From Octopus sinensis (Eukaryota): a DNA stretch of 64,000 nt. The stretch covers positions 65,224,001 through 65,288,000 of the forward strand of contig NC_042999.1 of the NCBI RefSeq assembly GCF_006345805.1, in the 5' to 3' direction. The position numbers and the translations under genes are program-made. Of the stretch, positions 1-13,870 are shown in pieces (position 1 is the first letter of the stretch; every line of letters begins with the position of its first letter). The notes under the pieces are model-generated. The model did no database searches. It was not told where the DNA came from and saw nothing but the letters and a program-made list of their open reading frames with translations.

Positions 1-56
<56 letters not shown>

Positions 57-65
57 CTTTGACCT

Positions 66-290
66 CTGGCCGAAATCAGATCGCCATGTTGATTCGTTAG
101 CTACTGCACGCATTTTTTTTCTCTCCTTCTTTCTGTGTTTTTCTCTCTCTGTGTATCTTTCTGTTGAAGAGCGTAGGCTCGAAACGTTAAAGACTTGTTT
201 TATTTATATTTCCTGAGCGCCATACTAATACAATTGTTCGTTTGTTTTCCACCTGCCTTCGTCTTTTGTTTATTTTCATAAAGCTTCCCA
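66..290 (+). mobile_element. Short non-autonomous PLE-terminus-like element (HHR family A) between (TA)n tracts
   Basis: Homologous copies at about 16150-16312 (+) and 59390-59580 (-). Each carries the same HHR-like motif and ends on a TA microsatellite. Confidence 0.65.
156..193 (+). ncRNA. Minimal type I hammerhead-like motif, variant core (family A)
   Basis: TCTTT-CTGTTGAA-GAGC-gtag-GCTC-GAAA-CG-T-T-AAAGA. Stem I TCTTT/AAAGA, stem II GAGC/GCTC, palindromic stem III ACGT, predicted GUU cleavage after 188. Core deviates from CUGANGA. Confidence 0.55.
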
Positions 291-299
291 TATATATAA

Positions 300-369
<70 letters not shown>

Positions 370-374
370 CATAC

Positions 375-432
<58 letters not shown>

Positions 433-484
433 CATATATATATATGTATTTATATGTATATATATTATATATATATTTATAATA

Positions 485-541
<57 letters not shown>

Positions 542-856
542 ATATATAATATATATGTATATGTATGTTATGAATAGCTGGGCGGTATATGGACGGAACA
601 TAAGTCTGTTCACATACAAATAATTTGCTCAATTAGCTTAGGTTCTGTAATATAGAATAAAGTAATTGCCTGTAATCACAACGAAATAATTGAATCACAT
701 TCGCACATGGAATATTACGTAAGGAAATTCAATAACTTATCCAGTCAGGAATCTAGCCGCAACAATTTCCAACTACAACTGCACTCACGCTACATCACTC
801 CACCATTTCCTTAAAGCCGCGAAACAATATATATATATATATTATATATATATATC

Positions 857-932
<76 letters not shown>

Positions 933-986
933 CATATATACATATTATATGTATATTATATATATATATATATGTATATATATAGA

Positions 987-1025
<39 letters not shown>
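291..1025. repeat. (TA)n-dominated microsatellite mosaics
   Basis: TA/TACA runs at about 291-570 and 830-1025 (also 1-54). They give rise to the spurious IYIY ORFs. Confidence 0.95.
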
Positions 1026-1027
<2 letters not shown>

Positions 1028-1176
1028 TTGTATAATACACACTGTGTGTTTACGCACCCATCTTTGTCTTTTGTATTGTTTGTAAATTTTCACTATATAT
1101 GTATATATATATATATAATTTATATATATATATACATATATGTGTATATATTATATATATATACATATGTATATAT

Positions 1177-2288
1177 GTAGTTGAAGGGGTAAAATCAAGC
1201 CCAGCCAAAGTCAGTAGTGGCGTTCCGCAAGGCACTGTGTTGGGCCCACTTCTTTTCATCATTTACATTAATGACATTAATGACATCATCAAGCACAGCA
1301 ACATAAAAATCTTTGCAGATGACTCCAAGCTACAGAAGGTCATAAATGAGGCGAGTGACCGGACATGCCTTCAGTCAGATCTACTGGCTGTTATCCAATG
1401 GGCAGAAAAAAACATATGCTGCTGAACGAGGATAAATTTGAGCTAATCCACTTTGGAAAAGAGGATGCCCTGAAACTCCCACACTCCCTTCCTTCAGGTG
1501 AAACTCTCGCGGCGTCCAACAACATCAGAGACTTGGGAGTAATTGTGACAAACAACGTAAGCTGGGCCACTCATATAAACACCAAAGTTGACATGGCCCG
1601 CAGAATGTGTTCCTGGATTCTCAGAACTTTCCAGTCGAGAGATATCCACACCATTATCCTTCTCTTCTCCACTTTTGCCCGACCCCACCTTGAATACTGT
1701 TGTCCACTGAGGTCTCCCCACACAATACAAGGTATCATAAAAGTTGAAGCACCTCAAAGGGCAATCACAAAAAAGATAGATAGCATGACAGGCCTCGACT
1801 ATTGGGGTCGGCTAGAAAACCTAAAACTCTATTCTCTCCAACGTCGTCGTGAGCGCTACATCATCTGCATGATGTGGAAAATATTCCATCAGCATTGCCC
1901 AAATGATGTTGGCATCACCTTTAAGGTACATCCAAGGCTTGGGCCCCGTGCCATCCGCCCAAAACACAAAATCGCACTCTCATCTCATAACAACAATACG
2001 GCACAATTATTTCACCTCAATTGGCCCCGCTCTCTTAACATTACACCAAAACACATTAAAACAGAAACTGACCCTATAGGGTTCAAGAAGTCTTTGGACA
2101 GATTCCTTCAAGAATCCCGGATAAACCCCCTACACCTGGATATGTCTCTGTAAACAATAACTCTCTACTGAGTGGGCCATAGTGCCCAAATTCTGACTTG
2201 AAAGACTTCACCAGGTGGTGCTATTAAGTTACACATGGCCTGGGCCAATAATGGCCGAAACCTATCAAAGTATCCAAGTATCAAAGTA
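1177..2288 (+). pseudogene. 5'-truncated CR1-group LINE: RT C-terminal half plus 3' UTR
   Basis: GVPQGTVLGPLLFIIYIND, FADDSKL, RPHLEYCCPL and SLQRRRERY, split by a frameshift. The 3' end has a hairpin, GAAAC and about three TATCAAAG-like octamers. Confidence 0.9.
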
Positions 2289-2304
2289 TATATATTTAAA
2301 TATA

Positions 2305-2385
<81 letters not shown>

Positions 2386-2560
2386 CATATGTATATATAT
2401 TTAAATATATATATATATGTATATGTATATATATATAATTATATAATACATATATATTCATATATATAATATACGTATATATATGTATGTATATATATAT
2501 GTCTGTATATGTATATATATGTATATATATTATATATACATATATATATATATATATAAT

Positions 2561-2970
2561 GGAGTGGCTGTGTGGTAAGTAGCTGGCTAACCAGCCACAT
2601 GGTTCCGGGTTCAGTCCCACTGCGTGGCACTTTGGGCAAGTGTTTTCTTCTATAGCCCCTAGCCGACCAATGCCTTGTGAGTGGATTTGGTAGACGGAAT
2701 CTGAAAGAAGCCTGTCGTATATATGTATATGTATTCATATATATATGTGTGTGTATATGTTTGTGTGTCTGTGTTTGTCCCCCTAGCATTGCTTGACAAC
2801 TAATGCTGGTGTGTATACGTCCCCGTCAATTAGCAGTTCGGCAGAAGAGACCGATAGAATAAGTACTGGGCTTACAAAGAATAAGTCCCGGGGTCGATTT
2901 GCTCGACTAAAGGTGGTGCTCCAGCATGGGCGCATTCAAATGACTGAAACAAGTCAAAGAGAAAAAGAGT
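2561..2970 (+). mobile_element. tRNA-derived SINE, family S1 (full length)
   Basis: Head TGGCTGTGTGGTAAG (A-box-like) and GGTTCAGTCC (B-box-like), CORE-like CTTTGGGCAAGTG, internal TA/TG spacer, 3' tail GGTGCTCCAGCATGG...GACTGAAAC. More than 10 copies in the window. Confidence 0.9.
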
Positions 2971-2996
2971 ATATGTATACATATATATATACATAT

Positions 2997-5285
2997 AAAT
3001 CCTTAAATCCTTAAATCCTTAAAAATGTTATAGCCCTAAGGCCGCGGCCATGCTGGGGCACCACCGCTGAATGAGCTACACTAATATGTGAATCCACCTC
3101 TGATACGTGGCACTTGATCAACAAGGGAGTTCGATGCTGCTACCCGCATCTGCGTCTCCTGTCGTGAGGTAGGTTCATCTGGGACTCCCGACAAGAAGAG
3201 ATCCAGTTTAATTTTAAAGAAACCCACATCCACACCATGTAAGTCTCTTAGACATTTAGGGAGGATGTTAAAGAGCTGTGGTCCTCTGAAACCCAAGCTG
3301 TTGCAGTATCTGGTCCTGTATTTTGATGGTAATGTTGGAATCTTTGGCACCATGCAGTGGCGCCCCGTTCTGCGGTTGGGGTAACTTTGAATGCCAAAGT
3401 TTGGGACAAGACCATCCAGGATTTTCCAGATGTATGTCACCGCATATCTCTCCCGCCTCCGCTCTAGGGAGAAGAGGTTTAATACTTTCAGTCTTTCCCA
3501 GTAGCTGATATTTTGCATTGAGACGATCTTCTTTGTGTAGCTTCTCTGAATTGCTTCGAGTTCTGCTGTTAGTTTTATATTGTGTGATGACCATAGTTGG
3601 GAGCAGTAGTCCAAGCGGCTGAGGACGAATGTTTTCCAGAGGACCATCAGTGTCTCCTTCTCTCTTGTTCTGAAAGTTCGGAGAATCCATCCAGCTAGCC
3701 GTCTGCATTTTATCACTAGATTAGTAATATGCACTTGGAAAGATGCATCATTGCTCATGTCAATGCCTAGGTCACGCACTGATTTTGCAATTCTTCTTGG
3801 GCCAGTGTATCCAGTCTGCGCGTCGTTTACCTTTGTTTGCCGGTAGCGCAGGGCCTGGAACTTACTTGCATTAAACTGCATGTTGTTGTCCTCCGCCCAC
3901 CTGTATATTTTATCCCACTCCTGTTGCAGATGCGCAACATTTTCAGGGTTTTGTATTGTGTGGGAGACTTTTGTGTCATCTGCATAGCTAGCAAGGGTGG
4001 CCATCGTAGCAACTGAAGGCATGTCTGAAAGGGCCACTATGAACAGCAGTGGTCCCAAGACAGTACCCTGTAGAACACCGCTTGTTATTTGTGTTTCCTT
4101 GGAGGTGGCTCCATTGCTCACACCTGCCTGTCTTTTAGGAAGTTGTGCAGTCATTCTCCAAGTTTTCCGCCTATGCCGAGACCACGCAGTTTGTGACAGA
4201 TCATACCATGGTAGACTTTATCAAAGGCTTTTGAAAAATCGAGTTATATTACATCCATATTTGAGTCATTTAGTAGCTGTTTTAACACCCAGTCATAGTT
4301 TTGCAGGAGCTGTGTTAGGCAGCTTCTACCTGGTCGGAATCCATGCTGGGTGTCAGACAGGAAGTCATTTTCTTCAAGGAACATGATTAGTTTCTTGCGG
4401 ACTATTCGTTCCATGACATTGCTGATGTGTGAGGTCAGAGAGATAGGCCTATAATTTTTAGCATCTGCTCTGCTACCTCCCTTATGGATAGGGCATATTA
4501 CCCCCTCTTTCAATTTGACTGGGAGCTTACCACTTGCAAGAAAGCTCTGAAACAGAAGCCGAAGCGGTTTTGAAAGGGCTCGTTTGCACGATTTGAGAAG
4601 GATCGCTGGAAATCCATCAGGTCCAGCAGCTGAGTTCGTGTCAATTTCATCTATGGCTCGTGTGATATCATCATCTTCGATGTTGATGTACTCAATGTTT
4701 GCCTCTTTGGCCGTAGGTAAAGTGGCAAAGAATTTTTCTGGGTGGTTTACTTGCCTATGTCCCAGAGGTGTAGTGAACACGCTTTGGAATTGTTCGTTCA
4801 GTATTTCACTTATCCTCATGGGATTTCCTGTGAGAGAGCCATCTTTTAGGAAGAGAGGTCCTATTCTCTGGCTGCCTCTTTGGCAAACTTAAAGAAAGCT
4901 TTAGGGTTTGATTTTATATTTTATATTACCCAAACTTCTTTATCTGCTCTCTCCTTTTCATAGGATTGATGCAGACTTTTCTCAATTTCCATTAGCATTC
5001 TCACGACCCGAGACTTCTCACCACTTTTGGTGTGCTTGCTCAGGCGTTTCGCAATCCTTGTCCGTCGTCTCATAAGAATCCTCCTTTCTATAGGGAACCT
5101 GTTTTTGTTTTTGTGTGTGCTGGCCCTGTAAACTGGAACATATTTGTCACATATGGCTTGTATGATGGACTTGAAGTGTTTGTGTTTCATGTTAATGTCC
5201 GGTGTGGAGAGACATATTGGCCAGTCCTGTTTGAGGATCTCTTTCTCAATCAACTTCCAGTTTGCTTTATGAAAGTTTAAGTTGG
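2997..5285 (-). pseudogene. 5'-truncated CR1-group LINE ORF2 (linker and RT) with tandem-repeat tail
   Basis: AAGPDGFPA, KNYRPISLTS, QHGFRPGRSCLTQLL, GVLQGTVLGPLLF, YADDTK and SLERRRERY across frameshifted ORFs 4921-5415, 4244-4819 and 3081-4154. Tail (AAATCCTT)3 at 2997-3020 on +. Confidence 0.92.
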
Positions 5286-5530
5286 AGAGATGGTGCGGTC
5301 GATGCGACGAGCGTGGGCGAGGGCGTTCAAGACCAGGGTAGGTTGGTATCCTCGATGCCTGAACAGGCGGGCCAGGTATTGAGACTGGGTCTCGAAATCC
5401 TGGTCGCAGCTGCACAAGCGTCGGAGGCCAGGAACTAGGAGTAGGCGATAGTCATTTGGTGTAGAGGGATGGGAGAGGAGAATTGAGATAGAGGTGGTAA
5501 TCCGTGGTTTGAAGAAGGCGGATGTGGTGA
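5280..5530 (-). pseudogene. Penelope-like element RT thumb fragment
   Basis: HPS...GLRRLCSCDQDF...LARLFRHRGY resembles the PLE HP...LRRICS..DF....F..RGY motif. Confidence 0.7.
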
Positions 5531-5899
5531 GAGAGTATATATATATATATAATAAACATATATATATATTTACACATATATATATAACATATATATATAT
5601 AAAACATATATTATTATATATATATATATACATATATAATATATACATATATGTAATATACATTATATAATATATATACATATATTACAAACATATATAT
5701 ATATATATCTAATATATGTATATATATATATAGGTTATAAAATAGAGTAGGGGTTGAAAATTCAACCAACCATGGGATAATATATATCCAATTACTGCCC
5801 GATAGGTAACCAACAAGATAACTACATAGATGTTAAAAATGTCAAACAATCAGTTCATCTATTGTAATATGGGTAAAGGTAATAATTTAACCGTAAATT

Positions 5900-7455
5900 A
5901 ATACTACAAAGTAGAGAAGGAGAAACATACTTAAATCAATAAAACATCAATTATCCGATGATACCCAATCATACTTTAATACTACACATTACATATGAGT
6001 AAAGGCATTATAAAAATGAGATATACAGTATAGTAAAAAGATAAAGAGATATAAGTAAAAATTTTCAAATATAATATCAATTAAATCAAAACTGACAGCT
6101 GTTTCCGCAGTGAGGGCAGTCATACCTCATTTAACCTCTTAGCCATAAAGGCAGGTATAATGAGGCATTAACAAGATGCCCACGGCTCTTCAGAGAATTA
6201 AATAAATTTGTTATAATTGTGAAAAATATAATATAACCATATACATATAAATATAAAAATATAAAAATGTAAAATATAAAAATATAAAACTTTATACATC
6301 TAATGCTACACTTATATAATATAATACTTATTGGTACAATAAAGAAGTAACATAACAAATAAACAAAATAATATCATTGTATATACTAATATTAATAAGT
6401 ACCGATATTATACATATTTGGCTAATAGTTTTAAAAAAAAAAAAACTAACCACTAGGGAGATGAAAATATAATTAAAACCATGGTTCGTTCATAAAATCT
6501 AAAGCTATGAAAGTTATAAAATTACTATTAATATAATAATAATAATAATAATAAAAATAATAATAATAATAATAGATACAGTTAAGTTAGCACACCATCC
6601 ATCCTTTCAAGATCGAAATAACTATTTATTTTCTTTTGTGATTTAAATTTCAAACCAATAGCCAATCGAATTAATCTAAATTTTCTTTACCTAGTGATCA
6701 GCATTTCTAAAACTCATAGTTATTTCGATCTTGAAAGGATGACTTGGTGCTAACTTAACTGTATCTATATTATTATTATTATTTTTATTATTATTATTAT
6801 ATTAATATTAATAGTAATTTTTATTAACTTTCATAGCTTTAGAATTTTATGAACTGAACCATGGTTTTAATTATTATTTTTCATCTCCCTATGTGTTAGT
6901 TTTTTTTTTTTTAAAAACTATTAGCCAAATATGTATAATATCGGTACTTATTAATATTAGTATATACACTGATATATATTTTGTTTTATTTTGTTCTGTT
7001 TACCTTCCTTTATTGTACCAATAAGTATTATATTATATAAGTGTAGCATTATGATGTATAAGTTTTTATATTTTTTATATTTTACATTTTTATATTTTTA
7101 TATTTATATGTATATGGTTATATTATATTTTTCACAATTATAACAAATTTAATTTAATTCTCTGAAGAGGCCGTGGGGCATCCTTGTTAATGCCTCATTT
7201 ATACCTGCCTTTATGGCTAAGAGGTTAAATGAGGTATGACTGCCCTCACTGCCGAAACAGCTGTCAGTTTTGATTTAATTGCATATTATATTTGAAAATT
7301 TTTTACTTATATCTCTTATCTTTTTACTATTACTGTATATCTCATTTTATATAATGCCTTTACTCATATGTAATGGTGTATTAAAGTATTGATTGGGTAT
7401 CATCGGATAATGATGTTTTATTGATTTAAGTATGTTTCTCCTTCTCTAATTTTGT
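5900..7455. repeat. About 1.55-kb fold-back inverted repeat with an HHR in each arm (family C)
   Basis: Arms about 5900-6627 and 6717-7455 are reverse complements with many small indels. Spacer about 90 nt. The right arm ends on (TA)n. Confidence 0.9.
7150..7278 (+). ncRNA. Type I hammerhead ribozyme with long stem II (family C)
   Basis: CTGAAGA 7162-68. Stem II GGC-c-GTG-GGGCA / TGCCC-t-CAC-t-GCC. GAAA 7254-57. Palindromic stem III ACAGCTGT. GUC site, cleavage after 7265. Stem I interrupted. A damaged mirror copy lies at about 6090-6195 (-). Confidence 0.7.
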
Positions 7456-7472
7456 GTATATATATATAGATC

Positions 7473-7506
<34 letters not shown>

Positions 7507-7507
7507 G

Positions 7508-7572
<65 letters not shown>

Positions 7573-8713
7573 TCCTCAAACTTTCAATCCTCTTTTCAAC
7601 AATTTCTACTTGCATTTGTTCTCCGAATCTGGCTGTTTTTTAACCTTCACCTCCAAGTCTCTATTGTGGGTTTAGCTTGATCCTTGAAGAGTGTCATCAG
7701 CTGTTGGAGACTGAAAAAAAATATCTTTCACTCTGAAGAGTTCTCGGTATACCTCTGTATCCATACATCTACACGGCGGAATAAAATACTGTTTCCGCTT
7801 GTTGATTTCCTGATGTCCTTATTTTCAAATTGTTTAAATACGTTTCAATCTCGTAATTAGAGTGCAGAAGATCAACAGCAATCAAAACAACCAAAAACAG
7901 AAAGGAAGCAGTAAAGAGAAGGGGAAAATATATATCGTACTTGATGCAATGCGTTCGTCTCGTCAATTCTCGTCACTGTTGTTGTATGTAACCCATATCC
8001 TCATTCTAATTAATAAACCCATTCGTTCCTTCTTCGAAATTTGATTTTGGAATCTACTTATCTGTCTTCCCTGCAAGACACGACTAAGACCGGTCATATG
8101 AACCATTAACAGCATCAAGTTCACCAGTTTAAGAGAGTCCGTAAAAGTCAAGAGAATTGAGTCTCCCTCCAGACTCTGCAAGTGTTATGCCTAACATTGT
8201 CTTCAAATATTTGCCCTAACAGCCAATTGCTAAAACACAGAACTAAGAATAATAATCTGATGAGTGACCACTGTAATTTTTGAGTGACAACCAAGTCTAA
8301 GCAATAACTAAAATATTCAGCAAATACCATTGTGAAAGATTGCTTTACTTAAAGAAATAAAAGACTAGAGCTGTCTAAATTGGAAGTGAGTATTTAATAT
8401 GATCTTTCGGAAACTGATAACTTTCATAGTTAACATTATTTATTTATCGGAAGTTTAGTGCGTCAAATTGGTAATTTACCTTCACGGAACTTGTATTTGT
8501 TGACATTTGCGCGTACATTTATATTCGAGTTTTTTTTTTTTTAAAAGTAGTTCCTAGTTAATTGTTCGAAGTGCATGACATAGTAGCAAAGTAACCCTCA
8601 TATGGCTCCCCATCGTCTTGAAATTCGTTACTGTTGGAAATATAGTCCGGTTTATATAATGTTACAATAATGTGTGAAAATGTTTGTCTGGAATGATTTT
8701 GAGTAGAATTCTG

Positions 8714-8788
8714 CTTTAATCAAAACAGAAATTGGTCTAAGTAGTAACAACAACAATATCTGCATGAACCACAATCACCACCACCACC

Positions 8789-8819
<31 letters not shown>

Positions 8820-8836
8820 GCAACACAACCACCACC

Positions 8837-8867
<31 letters not shown>

Positions 8868-9290
8868 CAACCACCACCAACAACACGAACACTAACATCA
8901 CCACTACCTTCACCGCCACTGCTCCCACCGCCCCACATCCACCCCTCCACCCCCGCCACCACCACAGTAGCATAATCATCAACAACATCATCATCATCAT
9001 GAGCAGCAGCAGCAGCAGCAACAGCAGTAAGAGCATCAACAACAACAAAGCAACAAAGCAACAACAATGCTTTAATCAAAACTAAAAGGGCTCTAAGTTG
9101 TAACAACAACAACAACGAGAAAGAAGAACTGCAATATCTGCATGAACAACCACCAACAGCAACAAGATCAACACGAACACCCCCCACAATAACACCAGCA
9201 TCATCATCAGCAGCAACAACAACAGCAACAACAACACCACGAACAACATGAATAACAATAACAGTAATAACAACAACCAAAGCTAACTTC
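8714..9290. repeat. CAC/CAA/CAG trinucleotide low-complexity region with a diverged tandem duplication of about 355 bp
   Basis: GCTTTAATCAAAAC...TAAG...AATATCTGCATGAAC occurs at about 8714 and again at about 9069. Confidence 0.8.
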
Positions 9291-10000
9291 TCTAAGGTTT
9301 TTTTAATTTCCAAGTGTCCCAGTGTACTAGTTGCTCTGTTTATTGCACGAGGAACGTTGAAGAAAATCAAGGTTAATGACGCCCTTATCACCAATCAAAA
9401 TAGTGATCATGTCTTTCTGTGCCGATTGCTGTCTTAAAATTCTTTGAGATGGAGGAGCGGTATTGACGCCCATTACTTGGATTGCACATGTGCTTCTGGA
9501 TCATAACGTTATATCAAAACCTTACTCCCTGTCGGCAGACAGGTGTTGAAACAAGATATCCATATCTGGCTTCAATCATTTTCAGCCGACCACTGCTGTG
9601 TCCCACCGTTCTCTCCCCCAAATCGGTTGTCAACCCACGACGTATCCAATTTGCACACGTTTCCCGACATCCCATATCTTCCACTGATCTTTTGTGATGT
9701 ATGTACACAAAGTCTACTCGTACTACAAGCTCTCAGATTGAAAATCGTCTGATTACGTGAATTAATTCGTTCACTCCTTCGCAATTCATTTCATGGGTCA
9801 CAGTCGTTTATTTTCGACTATGTCGTTTCTTTGTAGTTTTGATTTCGTCATTTTTTTTAACCTTCTTCATCAGTCTGTGCACTTTGATGTAGTCCATAGT
9901 GTTATCTCCCAAACAAAACAATTTCATTTTGTAGATGCTTGACTGGAATACAACAAACGAAGATGATTTACTATGGAGGAAGTAGTCTAACAACCGTTTC
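9270..10000 (-). pseudogene. Highly decayed mariner transposase remnant
   Basis: Patchy translation EDMGCRETCANWIRRGLT, YDPEAHVQSK and MITILIGDKGVINLDFL, resembling mariner LG.RK.CA.W.P..LT / YDPE / FWD.KGVI..DFL. Confidence 0.6.
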
Positions 10001-10469
10001 TATTTGAACAGCAGACGTCTCTTAGTAAAACCTCATGCCTGATTTTGCTTTACAGCCGGCGTAATCATCATGTATTTTAACTTAAAGTAACTCTGAATAT
10101 ATTAGAAACCCTTGGCTACAGTGTATTTGACCATGGGTCTAGATTCGATAGGGCTCTGCGGAAACCGCGTCTCCGTTATAGATACAACAGCAAGGTTTAC
10201 AAAGCAGCAAAAGCAGAGTGGAGAGCTTCAAAACATTATTCCCGTACATATAGTTTTCAACTCATTAATTCTCATCGTAAAAATGTTGTTACTCTTTCGG
10301 CCAAGCACACTCACTAACACGCACACATGCACACACATACTCACACACGCGCATATTTATATATTTATATATAAATATTCATGGTGTATTACATTATATT
10401 ATCATGTTATATTATATGGTCACGAATATCAATGTGACAGGATTACAAATAGCGATGTATTTAGTTCAG

Positions 10470-10548
<79 letters not shown>

Positions 10549-11394
10549 ATGCAAGTGTATATATATATATATATATATACACAAACATTCATATATATAT
10601 ATATATACATACACACTCATATATATTATACATTGTAAAATTATATGCATTAATGCACACTAGCACATGGTTACATAAATATATTAACGTTCACTTACAT
10701 CGAGACATACACACGTCAATATATACAGGCATACATGTACACATATGCATATATCTATTATCTTGCTGTCCCGATAATGAAACTCATAAATCTAAAACCG
10801 ACGCCAACTCCAGAATTAATTTAGAAAACCAGATTTGACAAAATGATTTCGCCAGGGGGATATATCTTGCTAGATTTAACTGACAAAACTCTGAATAGTT
10901 TATCACTATTACCTATAGTCACAACATCACTTTTAAATTTAATGTTGCAGCATTTTAACAAATTGTGTCTCGTTTTTTTTTATTATTTAGTTGCTATTTA
11001 CTTTTGTGTTTTATTGTTTTATATTTGTGACGTGGCATTTTAAAAGCAAATAACTTATTCATCGAAAGAATTTCTGTGTTTGAATTTATTGTCGTTTTTG
11101 TTTTGTTTTACATTTATTCAGTCTTTAAATTCATTCTTTTTTTTTTTTCTCTCAGCAAATAAATGGATAAGATTGCAGAATATTTCCTATTACATGTAAT
11201 TGTTGTCGTTGGTGCTGTTTTTAAATCTAAACGGTTTTTGTGAAATGTCAATATTAAATTCCTTTCGAAAACGCCAGCCTGTGAATACTGTATGTAAATG
11301 ATGTGAATTAATAGAAGGAATACTAATAGGAACCTTGAATTATACACTGACACGCAAATATACATCGAAATACGTACATACATCTATACTTGTA

Positions 11395-11398
11395 TATA

Positions 11399-11460
<62 letters not shown>

Positions 11461-11489
11461 TATATACATACATATACATATATCCATAC

Positions 11490-11533
<44 letters not shown>

Positions 11534-11539
11534 CCATAC

Positions 11540-11583
<44 letters not shown>

Positions 11584-11670
11584 GTATATATACATATACA
11601 TATATCCATACGTATATATATATAGATATGTATATATATATACATATATCCATACGTATATATATGTTCA
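11395..11670. repeat. (TA)n with a higher-order unit TACATATATCCATACGTA(TA)n, about 4 copies
   Basis: ATCCATACGTA recurs at about 11483, 11533, 11605 and 11649. Confidence 0.85.
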
Positions 11671-11842
11671 TAGTATATATTTGCATATAAGCACACACAC
11701 AAACACACATATATGCTTGTATTTGGATATGTATACGCTTATACATATATATTTACATGTATATATGTAAAAATATATGTCTATGTATCTATCACTTTCT
11801 CTCTCTCTCTCCCTCTCTCTCTCTCTCTCACTATATATATAT

Positions 11843-11885
<43 letters not shown>

Positions 11886-12154
11886 TATATTATTTAAAGA
11901 AAAATGATGTAAAGAAATATTATATTACTGAAACTCTATTCTCTTATGTCGGACAGTTGACAACATCTATAACGACAACTGGAAATTCATAAGTGTAAAG
12001 TACTGATATCGAAGAGGAACCATCAATAAGCCCTGATACTAACACAAATTAACAAATTCCAGGAAAATTAATCGATATAGAGCTAGAATGGAGCACGCTT
12101 GGATGAAATAGATCACTGAGAAATATAAGCCTCTTTCTATTCGAAAGATATGTA

Positions 12155-13050
12155 TCAGGTCATCCCATATGTTCTGTCCGATTTTACCTTTTTTGAAAGT
12201 GAATGAAATTTAATAAAATTTTTGAATGTCTAATGGAATTTTTTTTGTGCACATTTAAACTAATTAAATATTATTTTACAGAATAATAGAACTAAAATTC
12301 ATTTGATTTTAGGTACATAATGCTTTATGAGTACAAAAATTGAAACACTGCAGCCGAAGCGACTCGAAACATACACTCAGTTGATGGGAAGGAATGCTTG
12401 AATGGAAGAATTTGCAGAAGATGGTTTGCAAAATTCAGAAGTGGAGATTTCAGCCTTGAAGATGAAGATCGAACAGGACCTCCAGTTGAGTTTGATGATA
12501 AGCTTCTTGAGGCATTACTTGAAGAAAATCCTGCATTATGAGTGGAAGAATTGACAATAAAGCTTAGTTCAAACCATACAACTGTTCATCGTGATCTTCA
12601 ACAACTTGGAGAGTTTCCTAAACTTGGAAAATAGGTGCCTCATGAATTGTCCGAAAGCAATCCCAAATCCAGAGTTGACATCTGCTCTTCTCTCCATTCT
12701 CGCGAACTCATTTCACCCTTTTTGGATAGACTTGTGACTGGTGAGGAAAAATGGATCTTCTATCGAAATGTTAAACGTCGTAAAGAGTGGCTTGGTAAAA
12801 GGGAAAAAGCTCAACCACAACGAAGAAGGGAACTTCATGGACAAAAAGTTCTTTCTATCTGGTGGGATTGCAAAGGAGTAATTTACTTGGAATTTTTACC
12901 ACCTAATGCAACAATCAATGCTCAAGTCTACTGACAGTAATTAAAGCGTTTTAACCAAGCTTTGAAGAAAAAAAGACCCGCTTTATTGAATCGAAGAGGA
13001 GTGATGTTCCTCAGGACAATGCGCAGAACCACACTGCAAAGATCACATCA
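12155..13050 (+). mobile_element. Mariner element, 5' TIR and decayed transposase, 3'-truncated
   Basis: TA followed by TCAGGTCATCCCATATG. Translation RWFAKFRSGDFSLEDEDRTGPP, VPHELSE, RLVTGEEKWIFY, WWDCKGVIYLEFLP and DNA..HTAKIT, with stops and frameshifts. Confidence 0.9.
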
Positions 13051-13870
13051 TAAAAGTGTTTACAAATTTAGTTAAAAACTTTAGCAAAAGAAATTCTAGC
13101 CTCTTCCCCGATAGGGGCATTTTTAATAGCGTTGCCCCAGTATATAATAAAGCTCTAAAAGATAGTGGATTTAGCGAGGAAATAACCTCTACACTTGTCA
13201 CCAGTCCAATAACAAAGAAAAGGCAACATATGAATAGGATAACTATCTGGTTCACACAGCCCTACTCCCCCGAAGTGACCTTTAATATAGGCAATTATTT
13301 CTTAGCACTGATAGATAGACACATTTTCCAGTCAATCATAGTTACAGAAAGCTCTTCAGTAGACCTAACTTAAAAATCAGTTGGAGCTCAACTACTAATT
13401 TTAAAAATATAATCTTACACAACACACAAAACCACGAAGTGAAACCAGCTGCTCATGAAGGCATAAAAATGTGTGCCCGCTAAATGGAGCTCGCATGTCC
13501 GAGACCATCATTTATGAAGCCACCGTAGATTCTAAAACCTCTAAGGACACAGGTTCGAGAAAGAAATATGTAGGTCTCATAACTTCAACAATCACTCATT
13601 GAGCTTCAGGCACAGGAATAAAACGAAAACGACCAAATTATCCAGTCATATATGGTTCTTAAAAGATAAAGGTGTCAGTTACAACATAGATTGGAAGATC
13701 TTAGCCAAGTGTAAGCCTTACACCAACGGTAGTGGAAAATGCAGTCTTTGTGATATGGAAAGATGGCTCATCTGGAAAAGCAGTTTCGATCCTGCTACAT
13801 GATTAAATTCAAGAACTGAACTTTTGGGATTATGTCCTAATGCGGCTACATGTTTGTTAAGTTTTTGGTG
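13050..13870 (+). pseudogene. Penelope-like element 3' ORF remnant (RT thumb/linker and GIY-YIG endonuclease)
   Basis: YNKALKDSGF, RITIWFTQPYSPEVTFNIGNYFLALIDRH, CPLNG, SFRH...TKLSSHIWFLK...YNIDWKILAKCKPY...KCSLC. Confidence 0.85.

Noticed and set aside
8257-8272. CTGATGA-GTG-ac-CAC, HHR-like start
   Set aside because: No GAAA, stem III or stem I partner follows.
7570-8350. Coding-like composition on the minus strand
   Set aside because: Only vague resemblance to a transposase. No motif is secure enough to call.
8720-9394. Poly-V/G/L ORFs resembling a low-complexity protein
   Set aside because: They come from a trinucleotide repeat tract plus the edge of a decayed mariner. No splice or domain support.
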